A program made the translations under genes and the position numbers. 64,000 nt of DNA from positions 21,824,001 to 21,888,000 of the forward strand of contig NC_082728.1 of NCBI RefSeq assembly GCF_030144855.1. The letters are read 5' to 3'. The notes under the pieces are model-generated. The model was not told where the DNA came from. It saw only the letters and a program-made list of their open reading frames with translations, and did no database searches. Positions 37,942 to 51,259 of the stretch are shown here, one piece after another; the first letter of the stretch is position 1, and each line of letters opens with the position of its first letter. This DNA is from Hypanus sabinus (taxonomy: Eukaryota).

Positions 37942-38394
37942 TAGACCATAACACATGGGAGCAGCATTAAGCCATTCATCCCATCGAGTCTGTTCCACCA
38001 TTCCATCATGGCTGATTTATTATCCCTCTCAACCCCGTTCTCCTGCCTTCTCCCTGTAACCTTTGATGCTCTTAGTAATCAAAACCTATTAACAAACAAG
38101 AGAAAATCTGCAGATGCTGGAGATCCAAGCAGCGCACACACACAAAATGGTGGAGGAACTCAGCAGGCTCTACTTTGAGCAAATTATGACTCTACTTTTT
38201 TCCATAGATGTTGCCTGGCCTGCTGAGTTCCTCCAGTATTTTGTGTGCATTGCAAGACCTATTAACCTCTGTTTTAAATATACCCAATGATTTGGCCTCT
38301 ACAGCCATCTGTGGCGATACATTCCACAGATTCACCACCCTCTGGCTAAAGAAATTCTTCTTCACCTCTGTTCTGATGTCCTTGCATTCTGACG
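37942..38394 (-). mobile_element. CR1 LINE 3' fragment
   Basis: NFFSQRVVNLWN..PQMAVEAKSLGIFK on the minus strand; ends at the assembly gap. Confidence 0.85.
38094..38256. mobile_element. Fold-back Penelope-derived unit nested in CR1
   Basis: Inverted arms; perfect 10-bp TSD ACCTATTAAC (38084-38093 / 38257-38266). Confidence 0.85.
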
Positions 38395-38541
38395 NNNNNN
38401 NNNNNNNNNNNNNNNNNNNNNNNNNNNNNNNNNNNNNNNNNNNNNNNNNNNNNNNNNNNNNNNNNNNNNNNNNNNNNNNNNNNNNNNNNNNNNNNNNNNN
38501 NNNNNNNNNNNNNNNNNNNNNNNNNNNNNNNNNNNNNNNNN
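38395..38541. other. Assembly gap (147 N)
   Basis: Run of N. Confidence 1.
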
Positions 38542-40134
38542 GCGTGCCTGCACATTTTTTGTATCGACTGTGCGTAAATGGGATTGTGAAATGCATTGTG
38601 TATTGACATATTTAGATAATATATTTAGTTGGTCTAAACCAATGACATTTATTTGCCTCGCACAAGAACAATGATCTTTTCATGAATAATCACATCAATA
38701 TAATGTCTCAACTTTGGGTGGGCAAGCCACACCAGAAATAAAACAGAGTGGAAAATATTGCTGATATTTTAAATTTAGCTCAATCAATTTATACTGTCTA
38801 ACAACTTTAAATGAAGAAGGTAATATAAATGTTGTAAAAGAGAAATGTTTATTCAGTTGTCTGCCACAAAACCACAGTTTTGCAGAAAGGACGAATGTTG
38901 CTAAATTCTGTTAGACCACTAAGTATATTTTTAAATACCAGTCAGGGCAAGAGCTGAGGGATTACTGTTGCCAGCATTATATCTGTGTGACATTAGTTGG
39001 AGGCTAATATTTGTGGGGTTGTAGTAACTCTTATTCCAACAGAGAAAATATTGTGACACCTATAAGGAATGATTCATATAAACGGAGCTCATTGTATTCT
39101 TTTGAGCAGGCACAGTCCAATTATTTTAAAGAAATAGGCTATTTAAATCTAAAGCAACCCAAGCTAAAGAAAATTCAGGTGTCAGTGAAATTTGGACCTT
39201 CTCAGATTTCATTATAAATTGGCCAAGCATTTCTTTATCAGAGGTGCCACATACCAGCTGAGGCAATAATAAATTAAAGCTCAGATTTATGTCTCACAAT
39301 ATTCAATAATTTTGAAGAAAAGGGCATTGTCAAAACCTAGGAATGTAAGCACTTCCATGGGAGGACTTACTATACTTTGGGGATCCATCAATCAATGAAC
39401 ATTTAGCTTCTGTTTGATGTTTAGTCCTGGATTACCAATGTCACTATAAAATTCTAAGAATCATGTCATAATTCACATACTTGACATTGTTATTAAATAG
39501 TTTGGTGAACAAAAAATCTGATATACCTTGTAATATTTTAAAGTCTTTAATATACTGTAGCGTATACACATTCTACAGACTGCCTCAATTGTTCATGGAA
39601 TTTGAGCTAAAATTTTAGCAGAAGCAAGATCAAGATGTTACAGAGGCAGCTACATCTGAACAAATAAGCAAATAAATTAGGAACTTGTATGAGCTACCTA
39701 GTCCCTAGAGGCCATTCTGTGACATGGATGATTGATTGTAGCCATAACTTTTCATTCACATCTGCCCGAAGTAATCTATCACCCCTTTCCTTATTAACTA
39801 TCTATCTACCTATTGAGGGATAATTAGTTACCACCCCTCAACCATCAGGCTCTTGAATGAGAGGGAATAACTTCACTCAACTTCATTCATCCCATCACTG
39901 AACTGTCCCCACAGCCTATAGACTCACTTTCAACGACTCTTCATCTCACGTTCTTAATATTTATTGCTTATTTATTGTTATTATCACTTTTCGTAGTTGC
40001 ACATTTTTTTTGATTTTTGCAACTTGGTTATAAGTCCAACCTGTTAGGTGCAGTCTTTCTATTGCGTTTCTTGCATTTATTGAGAAAGCCTGCAAGAACA
40101 AGAATCTCATGCTGTATATGGTGACATATATCTA

Positions 40135-41728
40135 CAGCGCCTATAAAAAGTATTCACCCCCATGAAAGATTTCATGTTTTACTGTTTTACAACATTGAAT
40201 AACAATGGATTTAACTTGGCTTTTTTGACACTGATCAACATAAAGACTCCTCTGAGTCAAAGTGAAAACAGATCTCCACAAAGTGATCTAAATTAATTAG
40301 AAATATAAAACACTAAGTTATTGATTGTATAAGTATTCACCCCCTTGAAATCGTATTTATAGATGTGCCTTTAGCAATTATGGCCTTGAGTCTGTGTGGA
40401 TAGGTCTCTATCAGCTTTGCACATCTGGACACTGCAATTTTTCCCCATTCTTTATGAAACTGCTCAAGTGCTGTCAGATTTTATGGAGATCGTGAGTGAA
40501 CAGCCCTTTTAAGTCCAGCCACAAATTCTCATTTGGATTGAGGTCTAGACTCTGTCTTGGCCTCTCCAGGATATTAACATAGAAACATAGAAAACGTTTT
40601 TTAAGCCATTCCTGTGTAGCTTTGGCTTTATGCTTGGGATCTGCTGGAAAGCAGATCTTCACCATGTTGTAGTTCTCTTGCAGACTGCATCAGGTTTTCC
40701 TCCAGGATTTCCCTGTAATTTGCTGCATTCATTTTACCCTCTACCATCACAAGCCTCCCAGGGCCTGCTGCAGTGAAGCATCTCCACAGCATGATGCAGC
40801 CGCCACCATGCTTCCCAGTAGGGATGATGTGTTTTTGATGATGTGCGGTGTTTGGCTTACGCCAACATAGTGTTTAGTCTGATGGCCAAAAAGCTCAATG
40901 TTGGTTTCATCAGACCTTCGAACCTACTTCCAGCTGACTTAACATTCTCCCACATGCCCTCTGGCAAACTCTAGCCAAGATTTCATGTGAGTTTTTTTTT
41001 CAACAGTGGCTTTCTCTTTGCCACTCCCCCATAAAGCTGTGACTGGTGAAGCACCCGGGCAACAGTTGAATGCACAGCCTCTCCCATCTCAGCCACTGAA
41101 GCTTGTAACTCCTCCAGAGCTGTCATAGGTCTCTTGTTGGCCTCCTTCACTAGTCCACTCATGGTCACTCAGTTTTTGAGGATAGCCTGCTCCAGACAGA
41201 TTTACAGCTGTGCCATATTCTTTCCATTTATTGATGATTGACTTAACTGTATTACAAAGGATATTCAGTGACTTGGAAATCTTCTTGTATCCATCTCCTA
41301 ACTAATACTTTTCAAAGACCCTTTCACAGTGCTGCCTGGAGTGTTGTTTTGTCTTCATGATGTAGTTTTTGCCAGGATACTGACTCACCAGCAGTCGGAC
41401 CTTCCACATACAGGTGTATTTTTACTACAATCAATTGAAACACCGTGACTGCACACCGTGATCTCCATTTAACTAACTAGGTGATTTCTAAAACCAGTTG
41501 GCTGCACCAGTGATGATTTGGTGTGTCACATTAAAGGGAGTGAATACTTTATGCAATCAATTATTTTGTGTTTTATATCTGAAATTAATTTAGATCATTT
41601 TGTAGAAATCTTTGACACAAAGGAGTCTTTTTCTGTTGATGAGTGTCAAAAAAGGCAAATTATTAAATGTTGTAAAACAATAAAACACGAAAGCTTCCAA
41701 GGGGGGTGAGTACTTTTTATAGGCACTG
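40135..41728 (-). mobile_element. Full-length Tc1 DNA transposon, IR/DR type
   Basis: TA TSD; ~200-bp TIRs starting CAG(C/T)GCCTATAAAAAGTA.TCACCCCC, with inner direct repeats (40331-40344, 41536-41549). Confidence 0.92.
40350..41358 (-). pseudogene. Tc1 transposase pseudogene
   Basis: Starts MKTKQHSRQ; contains [20 protein letters not shown] and [11 protein letters not shown] (SPDLNPIENLW motif). Frameshifted. Confidence 0.88.
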
Positions 41729-42449
41729 TACTTTGATAATAAATTTTCTTTGAACTTTGATCTACTGTTCTTCTGCCTTAAAAGCAGTTAAGCACACTGC
41801 TTCCACTGTCTAAGGGAGATAATGAACTCCAATTACCCATTCAGGCTTGGATTTGAAAGTTTCAGTGTAAGGTTCAAACTACACAGAATACGAAGATAGG
41901 GAGGATATGGTCAGGAAATTAACTATATGTGTTGGATGAAAATAAGATAATGGGTTATTTGTATCTGTCACTATTCTCTCTACCCAATCTACCCAATGCC
42001 TCTATTTATTTGGCAAAGAATGCATTATACTTATGTTTGGTTTAGCTAGAGGGGAAAAGCAGAGTTTTCATCAGCCTGAATCAAGGTATTTATTACCAGT
42101 ACTAATCTTTGAATATTTTAGGAAGGTAAATGATTTATGAGCTTGAAGAGCTGGCCGGATTTGTATAGCGATATTCACAGATAAAACAGTAAATTGGTAC
42201 TTTTTAACAAATTGTATCATACATACACACAATGGGTCAGGTTGCATTGCAACAGGGCTTTTCTCATCTTGATATCTGAATGGTTGGTTCTACATTTACT
42301 CCAACAGAGAATCTGGAGGAAATGCAAATAAGTAGTGGATACAGAATTACGGCATTTTCAAAGGCAGCTGATAAGACGCCAGGAAGGTGGATAAAATAAT
42401 AGATCACTTTGCTGGAGTTAAAATATTGATGTAAGTATAATGTCCACCT

Positions 42450-45400
42450 TGTGGCTCAGAAGGGTGGGGAAAGGAAGAGGAAGGCAGTAGTGATAGGGGA
42501 TTCTATAGTCAGGGGGTCAGACAGGGGATTCTGTGGATGCAGGAAAGAAACTTGGATGGTAGTTTGCCTCCGAAATGCCAGGGTCCGGGATGTTTCAGAT
42601 CGCGTCCAAGATATCCTGCAGTGGGAGGGAGAACAGTCAGAGATTGTGGTACATATTGGTACCAATGACATAAGTAGGAAAAGGGAAGAGGTCCTGAAAA
42701 AAGACCACAGGGAGTGAGGAAGGAAGTTGAGAAGCAGGACAACAAAGGTAGTAGTCTCGGGATTACTACCTGTGCCACATGACAGTGAGTATAGGAATAG
42801 AATGGGATGGAGGATAAATGCATGGCTGCGGGATTGGAGCAGGGGGCAGGGATTCAGATTTCTGGATCATTGGGACCTTGGAGTACTTGGAGCTATGATG
42901 TGGTGGCCATTACAGAGACTTGGATGGCTCAGGGACAGGAATGGTTACTTCAAGTGCCAGGTTTTAGATGTTTCAGAAAGGACAGGGAGGGAGGCTAAAG
43001 AGGTGGGGGTGTGGCACTGTTGATCAGAGATAGTGTCACAGCCGCAGAAAAGGTGGACGTCATGAAGGGATTGTCTACGGAGTCTCTGTGGGTGGATGTT
43101 AGGAACAGGAAGGGGTCAATACTGGGTGTTTTTTATAGGCTGCGCAGTAGTAACGGGGATATCGAGGAGCAGATAGGGAAACAGATCCTGGAAAGGTGTA
43201 ATAATAACAGAGTTGTTGTGATGGGAGATTTTAATTTCCCAAATATCGATTGGCATCTCCCTAGAGCAAGGGGTTTAGATGGGGTGCAGTTTGTTAGGTG
43301 TGTTCAGGAAGGTTTCTTGACACAATATGTAGATAAACATACAAGAGGAGAGGCTGTGCTTGATCTGGTATTGGGAAATGAACCTGATCAGGTGTCAGAT
43401 CTCTCAGTGGGAGAGCATTTTGGAGATAGTGATTATAATTCTACCTCCTTTACAATAGAATTGGAGAGAGATAAGAACAGGCAAGTTAGAAAAGCATTTA
43501 ATTGGAGTAAGAGGAAATTGGAAGCTTAAATTGGGAACAGATGTTCTCAGGGAAAAGTACGGAAGAAATGTGGCTAATGTTCAGGGGATATTTGTGTGGA
43601 GTTCTGCACAGGTACGTTCCAATGAGACAGGGAAGTTATGGTAAGGTACAGGAACCGTGGTGTACAAAGGCTGTAATAAATCTAGTCAAGAAAAAAAGAA
43701 AAGCTTACAAAAGGTTCAGAGAGCTAGGTAATATTAGAGATCTAGAAGGTTATAAAGCTAACAGGAAGGAGGTTAAAAAGGAAATTAGGAGAGCCAGAAG
43801 GAGCCATGAGAAGGCCTTGGCGGGCAGGATTAAGGAAAACCCCAAGGCATTCTACAAGTATGTGAAGAGCAAGAGGATAAAACGTGAAAGAATAGGACCT
43901 ATCAAGTGGGAAAGTGTGTATGGAACCGGAAGAAATAGCAGAGGTACTTAATGAATACTTTACTTCAGTATTCACTTTGGAAAAGGATCTTGGCGATTGT
44001 AGTGATGACGTGCAGCAGACTGAAAAGTTTGAGAATGTAGCTATTAAGAAAGAGGATGTGTTGGAACTTTTGGAAAGCATCAAGTTGGATAAGTCACTGG
44101 GACTGGATGAAATGTACCCCAGGCTACTGCGGGAGGTGAGAGAGGAGATTGCTGAGCCTCTGGCAATGATCTTTGAATCATCACTGGGGAAGGGAGAGGT
44201 TCCGGAGGATTGGAGGGTTGTGGATGTTGTTCCTTTATTCAAGAAAGGGAGTACAGATAGCCCAGGAAATTATAGACCGGTGAGTCTTACTTCAGTGGTT
44301 GGTAAGTTGATGGAGAAGATCCTGAGAGGCAGTATTTATGAACATTTGGAGAGGCATAATATGATTAGGAATAGTCAGCATGGCGTTGTCAAGGGTATGT
44401 CATGCCTTACGAGCCTGACTGAATTTTTTGAAGCTGTGGCTAAACACATTGATGAAGGAAAAGCAGTAGATATAGTGTATATGGATTTCAGCAAGGCATT
44501 TGATAAGGTACCCCAACGCAGGCTTATTGAGAAAGTCAGTAGGCATGGGATCCAAGGGGACATTGCTTTGTGGATCCAGAACTGGCATGCCCACAGAAGG
44601 CAAAAAGTGGTTGTAGATGGGTCATATTCTGCATGGAGGTCGGTGACCAGTGGTGTGTCATTGGGATCTGTTCTGGGATCCTTACTCTTCATGATTATGA
44701 TAAATGACCTGATGAGGAAGTGGAGGAATGGGTTTGTAAGTTTGCTGATGACACAAAGGTTGGGGGTGTTGTGGATAGTGTGGAGGGCTGTCAGAGGTTA
44801 CAGTGGGACATTGATAGGATGCAAAACTGGGCTGAGAAGTGGCAGATGGAGTTCAACCCAGATAAGTGTGAAGTGGTTCATTTTGGTAGGTTAAATATGA
44901 CGGCAGAATACAGTATTAATGGTAAGACTCTTGGCAGTGTAGAGGATCAGAGGGATCTTGGGGTTGAGTCCATAGGACGCTCAAAGCAGCTGTGCAGGTT
45001 GACTCTATGGTTAAGAAGGCGTACAGTGTATTGGTCTTTCTTTATCATGGAATTGAATTTAGGAGCCGAGAGGTAATGTTGCAGCTACATAGGACCCTGG
45101 TCAGATCCCACTTGGAGTACTGTGCTCAGTTCTGGTCGCCTCACTACAGGAAGGATGTGGAAGCCATAGAAAGGGTGCAGAGGAGATTTACAAGGATGTT
45201 GCCTAGATTAGGGAGCATGCCTTATGAAAACAGGCTGTGAATCCGCCTTTTCTAATTGGAACGATGGAGGATGAGAGGTGACCTGATAGTAGTGTATAAG
45301 ATGATGAGAGGCATTGATCATGTGGATAGTCAGAGGCTTTTTTCCAGGGTTGAAATGGTTGCCACAAGAGGACACAGGTTTAAGGTGCTGGGGAGTAGGT

Positions 45401-45638
45401 ACAGAGGAGATGTCAGGGGTAAGTTTTTTACTCAGAGTGGTGAGTGCATGGAATGGGCTGCTGGCAACGGTGGTGGAGGCAGATACGATAGGGTCTTTTA
45501 AGAGACTTTTGGATAGGTACATGAAGCTTGGTAAAATAGATGGCTATGGGTAAGCCTAGTAATTTCTAAGGTAGGGACATGTTCGGCACAACTTTGTGGG
45601 CTGAAGAGCCTGTATTGTGCCGTAGGTTTTCTATGTTT
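42450..45638 (+). mobile_element. Near-full-length CR1 LINE (ORF1 esterase-like + ORF2 endonuclease/RT), inactive
   Basis: ORF1 VIGDSIVRG...VVHIGTND; endonuclease AITETW, MGDFNFPNIDW, LDLVL; RT PGNYRPVSLTSVVGK, YMDFSKAFDKV, KFADDTK; TTCTATGTT tail. ORF1/ORF2 junction deleted near 42875; several frameshifts. Confidence 0.95.
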
Positions 45639-45869
45639 TGAACTACTTATTTATTCAATAATTTATAGTGATTGCATTATACTGCTGTTGATTCATATCA
45701 TTGAATACGCTGATAATAAACCTGATCTGAAGTAAATGGATTGCAGGATAAATCATGATTTGAATAAATAACAGAGTTGGATCAAGGGATCAAGTGGCCC
45801 CTTCTCCTATGTATTCATATGAATTGACCGGGAGAAGTGGAGTGCAAACAGGAAATAAACATTTTGATC

Positions 45870-46460
45870 AATAATGCCCCCTCCTCGTAGTCCTCCGCCA
45901 CTTCTGGGCTAGCAATAAACTCTTGGTTCATGTCAACGGTCAGGAGTTTAGTCCTCCCTCCTTTTCATTGTGGCACTTCGGGTGCAAGTACTTTCTTGGG
46001 GGTCAGCATGCATCACATGACTCTGAGCTGATGCTCCAATGTGGCAAGTGCTCTTTGCACAGCCCAAGACTCCTTTGCATGGATTGGTGACATCCTACCC
46101 TTCGAACTCAAGACAAAGCCTTCAAGTGTGCCGCTGGGATGCCTGTCACTCTCTACCTCACATGTTCTTGAAGAGCCTTGCGACCACCATTCTGGGCTTT
46201 CCCCCTCCCTTCACTATCTGCCTGTGCTCACTTCAGTATGAGATGCCATGGGTATGACCGTTTACCACAGTGAAAGGAGCATACCCCTTGTCTGTGTGTA
46301 ACTGATGAGGTGGTGTGTGACGATGGACTCACGTGATTGAGTGATTTGCTGTCATCGTTGTTTTCCAGTTGAAGATATTGTGGGACACTAAAGATATGAA
46401 AGAAGCTTTTGGGGAAAGCACGTTTAAAGCTATTGGGCCCATGATCACTCTCACTGCTGA
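45870..46460 (-). mobile_element. Possible degenerate RTE 3' fragment
   Basis: Weak resemblance to the RTE C-terminal region on the minus strand. Confidence 0.3.
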
Positions 46461-46469
46461 CATCCACAA

Positions 46470-46685
46470 GATCAGAAAGCATAAGAATTGAATTAGGCCA
46501 GTCAAGTCTGCTCCACCATTCGACCATGACTAGTTTAATTTTTCTCTCAACCCCCATTCTCCTGTCTTTCCCCATCACCTTTGACATCCTTACTAAACAA
46601 GAACTGTCAACCACGACGTTAAACATACACAGTGACTTAGCCTCCGCAGCTGTCTGAGGCAATGAATTCCACGTATTCACCAGCC
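46470..46685 (-). mobile_element. CR1 3' end fragment
   Basis: VNTWNSLPQTAAEAKSL on the minus strand. Confidence 0.75.
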
Positions 46686-47019
46686 TTTCATCCAGTCCTG
46701 ATGATTGTGAGTCCTGTGTAAGATGTCTGACTAACAGAGATTTCTACAGTGCAGCCGAGGAGCCCCATCTTCCTGTCTTCAATGTGCACACATTCCAACA
46801 CCCTGCTTTATCTCCAGGGGACGCCTCTTCTGCAGATGTTAATGCAGATGTTCACTGAAGGTCCAAATCTAGTTTTCACCCTTTCCCTGCTGATCTGTAC
46901 CCTTACTTCTGCTAGGACAGGGAAAAAGCTAGCAATATGAGAGCAATATCATGGGCTGTATAAATGGTTTGGGTGCATTCGTTGCTGGTAACTCTGAGGA
47001 AGAGGATGGCAATGCCTTT

Positions 47020-47760
47020 TCCAATGCTCCTTTCTGGAAAGTCTAATAGGGCTATTAAAACAAAAACTCCATGCCATCTTGAAAGCTTCTTCCCCCAAGC
47101 AGTTAATCTGATCAACGATAATAGTTACCCTCCCCCAGTGTTCCCTCTAACTTGTTATGATTAATGTGCGTAAAAATATTTTGCTATGCAATTTTTTTGC
47201 TCAGTGACAACATGTGCCCACTGAATAATTTCTTTGATAAAAGCGGTACAAATACATTCTAAAATCTGGAGACAAATCATCGCAAACTCCACGTGGTCAA
47301 CACCGTCCGCATCAGAATCCGCAAAAGGAAATGTGATTGTGTACAATTGTGAAATATATTTACCATGCCCATGAGGTAGAGGGTGACAACTTTTGTGCAC
47401 AGTTTAAATTCCTTTGTGTGCTAGTAGCAAAAGAAGTGTGCACACGCACACGAGCATACCTTAGAGGGAATATTGCCCTCCCCTTTCTATTCCCCCGTCA
47501 CTTCACTGCACTGCAAAGAGTTTAAACCACATTTTATAAAAGTGTTTGCTTTGCAAATACATGCTGGTAATTATTTATTTATGCATATTTTATTCCGTAT
47601 CCATACCTCAAACTGTAACTTTATGTTTATATAAATCTTTATTCTTTATAATTATCGAATGTTTTTTTTATTGCAAGTGCACTCTGACCAACACATAACA
47701 GGCACTCCCTCATTATGTAAATGTATATGGAGAATGAAGCTGATGCTTAATCCTTGATTA
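47020..47760 (+). mobile_element. Rex1 3' fragment split by a hAT element
   Basis: SGKSNRAIKTKT..HLESFFPQAVNLIN. Confidence 0.7.
47136..47475. mobile_element. Non-autonomous hAT transposon (340 bp)
   Basis: 15-bp TIRs CAGTGTTCCCTCTAA / TTAGAGGGAATATTG; perfect 8-bp TSD CCCTCCCC. Confidence 0.88.
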
Positions 47761-48374
47761 AGGTGACCGTATAGAGGAGATTGTGAGGAAGTGAAGAGAT
47801 AGAGAGGGGGAATGCACCTGCGTGGTGAATTAGAGTGAGGAGCTTCATGCTGGAGGAAGGGAAGTCGAGAGGACAGGAGTAAGGTGGACCGCAATTTTCT
47901 GCTTCCGGTGAGGTCACTAAAACCCTGACACGACTGAGTCCAGGGATAGCCACACATTCTTCAGTTCCTGCTGATGTCTCTGTTTACCCTGACAGGCCTC
48001 AGCATGACATCTGGTGAGGCTTGTGAGCCTAGCAGCAGATTTTCCACACCTGACGTCCTCTGTTCACTGCCAGTGAAGTGCAAATGAGATAAGCTGACTC
48101 TCTCTGGCCCATTTAAGTGCACATGCTCACAACTTTTCACCACGCCTTCTGCTCCCGCTCGTCTAGAAATCTGGAAACACAACTGTTAAAAGAACTGCAA
48201 AATAAAATCTACTCAATTACATTGTCCACAAAGTACTTATGGATGGAAACCCATCCCCATTTCATCCCCATCTCCATTCTCAATTCCCCATCATTTCTTC
48301 AGCACACCAGACAATTTTCCACCTACTTTCTCTTCTCCATCTTCATGAGGAGAAGAAACTGAGCATTGGATTAA

Positions 48375-48800
48375 TAAAGGAAGAACAAACTGTACTTTAT
48401 TGTCACCAAACAATTGATACTAGAACGTACAATCATCAGCGTGTGGTGTAAAGTGAGTCGAAGGATGGAAGATTGGTTTGTGTGATGTCCTGGGCTATGT
48501 TCACGATCTCGTAGAGCTTCTTCCGGTCTTGGACAGGACAACTTCCATACCAGGTTGTGATGCAGCCTAGAAGAATGCTTTCTACGGTGCACCTATAAAA
48601 ATTAGTGAGGGTTTTAGGGGACAGCTTTCTTCAGCTTTCTCAGGAAGTAAAGGTGCTGGTGGGCCTTCTTGGCAGTGGACTCTGCTTGGTTAGACCAAGT
48701 CAGGTCATTTGTGATTTTCACCCCGAGGAACTTAAAGCTTTTGACCTGTTCCACCTGCGCACCACTGATGTAGATGGGGTCGTGCAGTCCACTACTCCTT
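48375..48800 (-). mobile_element. Rex1/Babar fragment
   Basis: Minus strand encodes SFKFLGVKI and FYRCTVESIL motifs. Confidence 0.75.
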
Positions 48801-49077
48801 CATTCTCCATATACATTTACATTTCTACTTCTTCAGAAATACAAACAAACAGAAATTTGAAATTGTATCATGTTTAATGGTTAATTGGTGTGAAATGAAC
48901 AACTGGAAATAACTGTTCTTTTATGTGGAAACCAGGAGGTCGAGTGATGTAAGCTGACCAGAAAGTAAAAGCAATTCATAGCTCTTGACGCGTCTACCTT
49001 CATCTTGTGAAATTGCAGGAGCATTGGCGTATCAGTGGCAGCGTGCATTAGCAACAGACCTACATCTTTCCAGCAAG

Positions 49078-50730
49078 GATCAGAATCAAGTTTATTATCA
49101 CCGGCATGTGACATCAAATTTGTTAACTTAGCAGCGGCAGTTCAATGCAGTACATAATATAGAAGAGAAAAAATAATCAATCAATCAATCAATCAATAAA
49201 TAAATAGATCTATCAATTGTAGTATACATATATTGAATAGATTAAAAAACATGCAAAAATCTGAAATACTGTATATTAAAACAAAAGTGAGGTAGTGTCC
49301 AAGGATTCAATGTCCATTTAGGGGAAGGAGCTGTTCCTGAACCACTGAGTGTGTGCCTTCAGGCTTCTGTACCTCCTTCCTGTTGGTAACAGTGAGTAAA
49401 AGGCATACCCTGTGTGTTGGGGGTCCTTAATAATGGACACTTCCTTTCTGAGACACCGCTCCCTAAAGCTGTCCTTGGTACTTTGTACGCTAGTACCCAA
49501 GATGGATCTGACTAGATTTACAACCCTCTACAGCTTCTTTCGGTCCTGTGCAGTAGCCCCTACATACCAGACAATGATGCAGCCTGTCAGAATGCTCTCC
49601 ATGGTACATCTATAGAAGTTTTTGAGTGTATTTGTTGACATGCCAAATCTCTTCAAACTCCGAATGAAGTATAGCCACTGTCTTGCCTTCTTTATAACTC
49701 CATCCATATGTTGGGACCAAGTGAGATCCTCAGAGATCTTGACACCCAGGAACTTGAAGCTGCTCACTCTCTCCACTTCTGATCCCTCTATGAGGATTGG
49801 TATAAGTTCCTTTGTCTTACCATTCCTGAAGTCCACAATCAGCTCTTTCATCTTACTGACATTGAGTGCCAGGTTGTTGCTGCGGCACCACTCCACTGGT
49901 TGGCAAATCTCACTCCTGTACACCCTCTCGTTACCACCTGAGATTCTATCAACAATGGTTGTATCCTCAACCAGTATATAGATGTATTTGAGCTATGCCT
50001 AGGCACACAGTCACATGTATAGAGAGTAGAGCAGTGGGCTAAGCACACACCCCTGAGGTGCACCAGAGTTGATCATCAGCGAGGACGACACATTATCACC
50101 AATCCACACAGATTGTGGTCTTCTGGTTAGGAAGTCAAGGATCCAGTTGCAGAGGGAGGTAGAGAGGCCCAGGTTCTGCAACTTCTGAATCAGGATTGTG
50201 GGAATGATGGTGTTAAATGCTGAGCTATAGTCAGAATAGCATCCTGATGTAGGCGTATGTGTTGTCTAGGTGGTCTAATGCCATGTGGAGGGCCATGGAG
50301 ATTGTGTCTGCTGTTGACCTATTGTGGCAATAGGCAAATTGCAATGGGTCCAGGCCTTGCTGAGGCAGGAGTTCCGTCTAGTCATGATCAACGTCTCAAA
50401 ACATTTCATTGCTGTCAATATGAGTGCTTCTGGGCGATAGCCAATTATTCTTCTTAGGCACTGGTATAATTGTTGCCTTTTTGAAGCAAGTGGGAACTTC
50501 CACCTGTGGCAGTGAGAGGTTGAAAATGTCCTTGAATACTCCCGCTAGTTGGTTGGCAGAGGTTTTTGGAGCCTTACTAGGTACCCCATCTGGACCTTCC
50601 GCCTTGCGAGGGTTCACTCTCTTTGAAGAAAGCCTAACATTGGTCTCTGAGACAGAAATTACAGGGTCATAGGTGCAGCAGCTGTAGTTGTGTTCTCCCT
50701 TTAAAAGCAGGCATAGAAGGCATTGAGTTC
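49078..50730 (-). mobile_element. Rex1/Babar LINE, large RT-to-3' fragment
   Basis: NPRKAEGPDGV...IFNLSL...PTCFKKATIIPVPKK; WCRSNNLALNVSK.KELIVDFR...FKFLGV.I; GRRYRSL; (TTCTGA) tail; (TCAA)n microsatellite in the 3' UTR. Confidence 0.9.
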
Positions 50731-51259
50731 TGGGTCAGTATAAATTTGTCTTTAAATGTCTTATACGTTCTGCCCCCAGGCACCATTTTAAGTTACATTT
50801 TACTGAGGGATTGGTCTGTATTGGATGTTTTCCTCAAAGAGCCCAAATGATTTCTTGTTTTGGCAGTTCACTTGTTTTTAAAAATTAGATTTTTCTGTGA
50901 ACGAAGCATGCATTTATTTGGTTTATTTGCTTGAACATCACGGCATCTGAAAATTTACATAGACAGGATACTCCTGGGTTTTGGGGAATTCAGGAGAATT
51001 GCCAATAATTCAGTATTTCAAAATATTTGCTGATGGGTGAATCGTTCTTCAGAAGGCTGGAATTATCTTTATACCTCAGGGTGACTTTAACTTCCAATGT
51101 CTGTGTAATGAAAAGTCAATGTGCAATATTACATAATTAATCCATACGAAATATTAATTAATCCATGAATAATAATAAATATTGCACCAACACAAAAAAA
51201 TCAGTGAATTCATTGCTTGCTGCTCTCTCATTTAGAAGTGGATAGAATATCACCCCAAC

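Larger units (their letters stand above)
39830..41760 (+). mobile_element. Rex1-type 3' fragment split by Tc1
   Basis: CCCTCAACCATCAGGCTCTTGAA (PSTIRLLN). The tail ...GGTGACATATATC-TA resumes as TA-CTTTGATAATAAATTTTCTTTGAACTTTGA. Confidence 0.7.

Noticed and set aside
43914-44894. 326-aa reverse transcriptase ORF as a functional CDS
   Set aside because: Fragment of CR1 ORF2, frameshifted before the FADD motif.
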